A stretch of 64,000 bases of DNA, taken from positions 42,408,001-42,472,000 of the forward strand of contig NC_079171.1 in NCBI RefSeq assembly GCF_947568905.1, read 5' to 3'. The position numbers and the translations under genes were made by a program. Below, piece after piece: positions 59,702 through 64,000 of the stretch (position 1 is its first letter; each line of letters starts with the position of its first letter). The stretch comes from Ostrea edulis. Taxonomy: Eukaryota. The notes below the pieces were generated by a model. That model searched no databases. It was given only the letters and a program-made list of their open reading frames with translations, and had not been told where the DNA came from.

Positions 59702-60798
59702 ACGTATATTGATTTAGATTTGTTTTATCTTTTATTCAGAATAGTTATTTATTTTTTATTTTCAATTTTTACAATCTTCTTTTTTTTTTTTTAATAATTT
59801 GTATGCAGTTTCTTGGATGAAAGACTGACTGCATCAAAACAAAAAAACCATAAAATTAAAAGACCCCCCCCCCCCCTCCCCCCAATATATATCATAAGTA
59901 TTTCTAGGGCCAAAGAAAATTATGAAATCTAGAATTAGTTTTCCTCTATTTACCCACATGTAATGTGTATGCATTTTCACTTTAGTGATAAAAGTTTAAT
60001 TCCAAGAACTTTGAGTAACATTGTTGGTTTCCGCAAAAGCTACACTTGTGTTCAAATCTCTGTGTACTCAAAATAAGATTTAGCAGAATATTAACATTTA
60101 CATTTTTAAAATTTATTTAGATGTCACAATCTTCATAGCATACACTGTGGATAGCCAACTTCTTACATCTTAGAATAATCGTGTAAATATTATATATTTT
60201 CTAGATCCACGCCTTGTATATCTTATATCGTAAATATTGAGCTAATATCCAAGTGTTTCCTTATATTTACGTGTTTTTCCTATCCTAGAGATAAATATAA
60301 TTCACTTCTGTCACAAAGGTCAGGAATGGGTCACAATGTACATGTAGCCATATATACTGGCAAGTATCTCTATTTTCATTTTTAAGATCCTCAACTTAAG
60401 GTGGAAATTTAAACACTGTCTCTGTTGCTAAATAGTACTTAGCCCCAGGGGCCAATAAGGAGTTTTATTTTCTAGATCCGCGCCTCTCTTGGAAATGTCA
60501 CAGAGTTTGTTCGGAGTTCACGCGTCCCTGTGTTATCAGTGTTTAGGATCAGAGAGGGAAATCTGCCTGTAGTACAGAATACGTGGGTGAGTAGACTACC
60601 ATTGTAAATGTTAAACAAATCTTTATATCTAAGAAGGCTAACCTCCACTTTATGCTTTCTCGACCTTCAAGTAAGACGAGTTTAAGGAGGACTGAAGAGG
60701 ACAGACTGGGCGTGGCTCTGAAATGTCGGTACCAAGATTGGAATTCGCTAAATACTGATCCCTGATCTTCACATATCTATATAGTACGATCGGGTTAT

Positions 60799-60861
<63 letters not shown>

Positions 60862-61847
60862 GCTATGGTACTCATCTCTACATAAAACGTAATATGTTTT
60901 ACGGCGTGACCGTGTTTGAGGGCGAAGCAAGCAAATTTTGGCATTAGTATCTATATCCAAAACAGAACGAAAACAACCCGAAGTTAGCACGAGGACAGAG
61001 CTGCTAGCTGTATCAAAGCATCCTAATTTTGGATATTTGATCCGCCTATATATTGAACGCGGGAAATATAACGCAATTGATGTAAACAGTACATTGTGGC
61101 GTCATATTCAGCGTCATTATTTAGCAAATTTACAAACAGCGTTTGAACCAAAACAACAAACATGGCGTTAATGGTGGAGTGATTATATATGATTAAGAAA
61201 ATAAGATTTACATGCTTTTACGAATTTTATGTAACATCTCAGAACGACGTGAACTAGGGTTTACGAGATTCAAAATGGAGAAATACATGTCCACGCGATA
61301 GTATTCGAATCGACGCCATTAGTACCAAAATTTTCAAGTTCCATAGGTATGGTTTAATTTTTCATTGTTTTCCTATATTTTCCTTTTAAACATGTATATA
61401 TGTGTTACCTATAGGGAGAGCTCCGCTCTCACGGCCCTTCGGGCCGTGAGAGGGCTTCGCCCTCTATTATCACGTCACATGACATCAACATTTTTATACA
61501 AGAAGCGGATCCATCAGATATCTACGATATCACAGCCGCGTATCTTCAGAACTCGAACACATTAATATTTGCGTTAAAGGAGTCACTGTGCGCTAATAGT
61601 GCAGAAATATGTTTTTTTAGAAAACCAAATTTATTTATCATTTCAAAATATCTATGAAGAGGTATTTCTATCCTAAAGTTTCCCAACAAAACGCATATAA
61701 GTAAACGAGTTAAACTTATGCTAGTAACATTTTAGTACCACTAAACCTGTCCTGCACGAACTTTAATTCATGACTGATAAAATGCGGCACAATAGGCTTC
61801 ATTTAAATGTGCAGCAGTGCATGTTTCTGTGTGTTGATTCAATCCAG

Positions 61848-62624
61848 TTATACCGAGCGAAGCTCGGACGGGCCGAAGGCCCGTCCGCGAAGCAAGGCTC
61901 TAAAGGTAACACGTATGTAAAAGAAAAAAGTCAAAATCAGCAAAAGAAAAAGAGATAATCTCTATATACGTTCACTGAAATTTTCGTGATCCATATGGGC
62001 GCCGCCATTTATTTTTTCATTACCTGCTTCAACAGTTATTCGTGTTTTATTTTGAATGCCAATAATAGAAGACTTTAACGTGCAATTCGTAATTTAAACA
62101 CTCAGTTTGTTCAAAGTGAATAGTATAATTATCATTGTAACAGATTTTAGCAAATAAATACATATAAAACCGTAATACGACTAAATAAATGAACGAGTTC
62201 ATGAGTTTCTTTGAATAAGAATATACGATAAAATTACGGTTACTTTTTTACCATTTTTAATTTATTGGTTAATTTTGTTTAGTTTTAACGGCCTTTTTCA
62301 TTGCATACGGAATGTATTATTGTTGTTTATAATTGTTTGCTTTGAAAAAGAGAAAAAAGCCGAGGCTAAATGTGACGTCACAGTTTACGTCGCCTTGCGT
62401 TTTATTTCCCGCGTTCAATGAATAGGCGGATCATGTAAAACTGCTGTCCCCATATAAACCCCTTTAATATTGAGATGTTACTGGGTGTTTAGCGCAAGGA
62501 AGTTTCATTCAAAATTTATATTTTTAAATGAATCCTAATCTACCGTACTTAACGGAATTATGACTACCACTCGGGACACGGAGTTACGTACATGCTTCGC
62601 TCGGTCCAACGGTCACACCGTATA
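61848..62624. mobile_element. Non-autonomous DNA element with GAA-loop hairpins and ACCGAGCGAAGC inverted motifs (possibly Crypton-related)
   Basis: Left TTATACCGAGCGAAGCTCGG plus hairpin 61865-61887; right GCTTCGCTCGGT at 62594-62605; class assignment is inference only. Confidence 0.45.
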
Positions 62625-63312
62625 CATATTATGCATGTAACATAATACATGTATATGTTCACAGTCCGCTCACAACAGTGCACCCAATGTAATGACGTGT
62701 CAGATACTGTGACGTATTTCGTCTGCGTAATTCAGCAGGCGAGCGGTTCTGAGTGACCATGGTTATCGCTAAGTGATTCTATGTGATATATTACATTGAT
62801 AAAATAACAAATACAAGAAGGTCTTAAGAGAGAGATCACTTAAGGCACAAAAAGTACCCCCTCCCCAAAAAAAATATATCCCAGCCTTCGTATTAAACAA
62901 TTCATTGTCGTTTTAGTGCCACTTTAGATGCAATCTGATTAAAACCAGATCCTGAGATCCGCTCACTTAGATCACTACACTTTTTTTTGATTTTTTTTTT
63001 TGATTTTTTTTTTTTTTTTTTTTTTTTGCATCTCTAACGTAAATAATGACGCAAAGGTTCATGGGAGAAAAATTATCGTTGGTATAAATCGACAGGGTCA
63101 ATTTGATTGGCTTAACGAAAGGTCATGCTGACGTGACCCTGTATGGGGTTACGTCAGGTCCTAGTGTAGCGATCCAAGTGAGCGGATCTCAGGATCTGGT
63201 TTTAATCAGATTGACTTTAGATGCATTTTTCAACGAAATAAATTATACTGGTGAGTTCACTCTATCTTTCCGTAAAGGAGACAAGAATACTGGTGTATCA
63301 GTAGTGATGACT

Positions 63313-63765
63313 AACAATCTCATTGATGACTAACAAGCTCATGCTGTGATGACTATCAAGCTCATTGATGACTAACAATCTCATTGATGACTAACAATCT
63401 CATTGATGGTTAACAATCGCATTAATGACTAACAATCTCATTGATGACTAACAATTTCATTGATGACTAACAATCTCATGCTGTGATGACTAACAATCTC
63501 ATGCTGTGATGACTAACAATCTCATTGATGACTAGCAATCTCATTGATGACTAGCAATCTCATTGATGACTAACAATCTCATGCTGTGATGACTAACAAT
63601 CTCATTGATGACTAGCAATCTCATTGATGACTAGCAATCTCATTGATGACTAACAATCTCATTGATGACTAACAATCTCATTGATGACTAACAATCTCCT
63701 TGATGACTAACAATCTCATTGATGGTTAACAATCTCATGCTGTGATGACTAACAATCTCATTGAA
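63313..63765. repeat. 19/23-bp minisatellite
   Basis: AACAATCTCATTGATGACT and AACAATCTCATGCTGTGATGACT units. Confidence 0.9.
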
Positions 63766-64000
63766 ACTCTTCAGTTTTCAGTGCATAACGGCTCCTTAAA
63801 GGACATGTCTATGGAAACTAAGATGAATAATAAATTCGATATATTTTACAGATCATTTTAACGGAACTTTAGATCTATATTGAAGGAGTCTTAAAAATAC
63901 TTCCCATACCTCTTCTTGGTACACTTCAGAAAACCCTTCAATGTATCTATTGTTACTTTACTGATAAGACGCACAGTTTGTATTGCTGCCTGGAACAGTC

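Noticed and set aside
60692-60735. Second hammerhead-like CTGAAGA...GAAA motif (a similar one at ~25481-25500)
   Set aside because: Helices II and III cannot form and there is no NUH site in the correct position.

Overview
AT-rich (animal) eukaryotic genomic DNA with spliceosomal introns; the repeat complement suggests a bivalve such as an oyster (inference). By chaining GT/GC-AG splice sites in consistent phase I reconstructed four multi-exon genes, most of which the ORF track misses. (1) Minus strand, ATG at 5358, running off the left edge: the 5' part of a DC-STAMP-domain (DCST1/sneaky-like) gene. (2) Plus strand, 8418-21425, 19 exons, 743 aa: a type II membrane collagen (TM, coiled coil, furin site RSKR, 120 uninterrupted Gly-X-Y triplets, two Ig domains, LCCL-like domain). 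(3) Minus strand, 40893-25805, 10 exons, 457 aa: a secreted mosaic protein (signal peptide, two Ly6/uPAR-like domains, Ig, Thr-rich mucin stalk, two ShKT domains). (4) Plus strand, 53663-59701, 5 exons, 222 aa: a paralog of gene 2 with only 4 Gly-X-Y triplets and one Ig domain. The remainder is intron and intergenic sequence rich in minisatellites (two arrays over 3 kb), MITEs, tRNA-headed SINEs and Penelope-like fragments, with one degenerate hammerhead ribozyme and a 262-N gap. The most notable observations are the long/short collagen-Ig paralog pair, the LU-Ig-ShKT architecture, and tandem repeats that multiply a splice donor in gene 2 and a splice acceptor in gene 3. There is no prokaryotic content and no CRISPR array.
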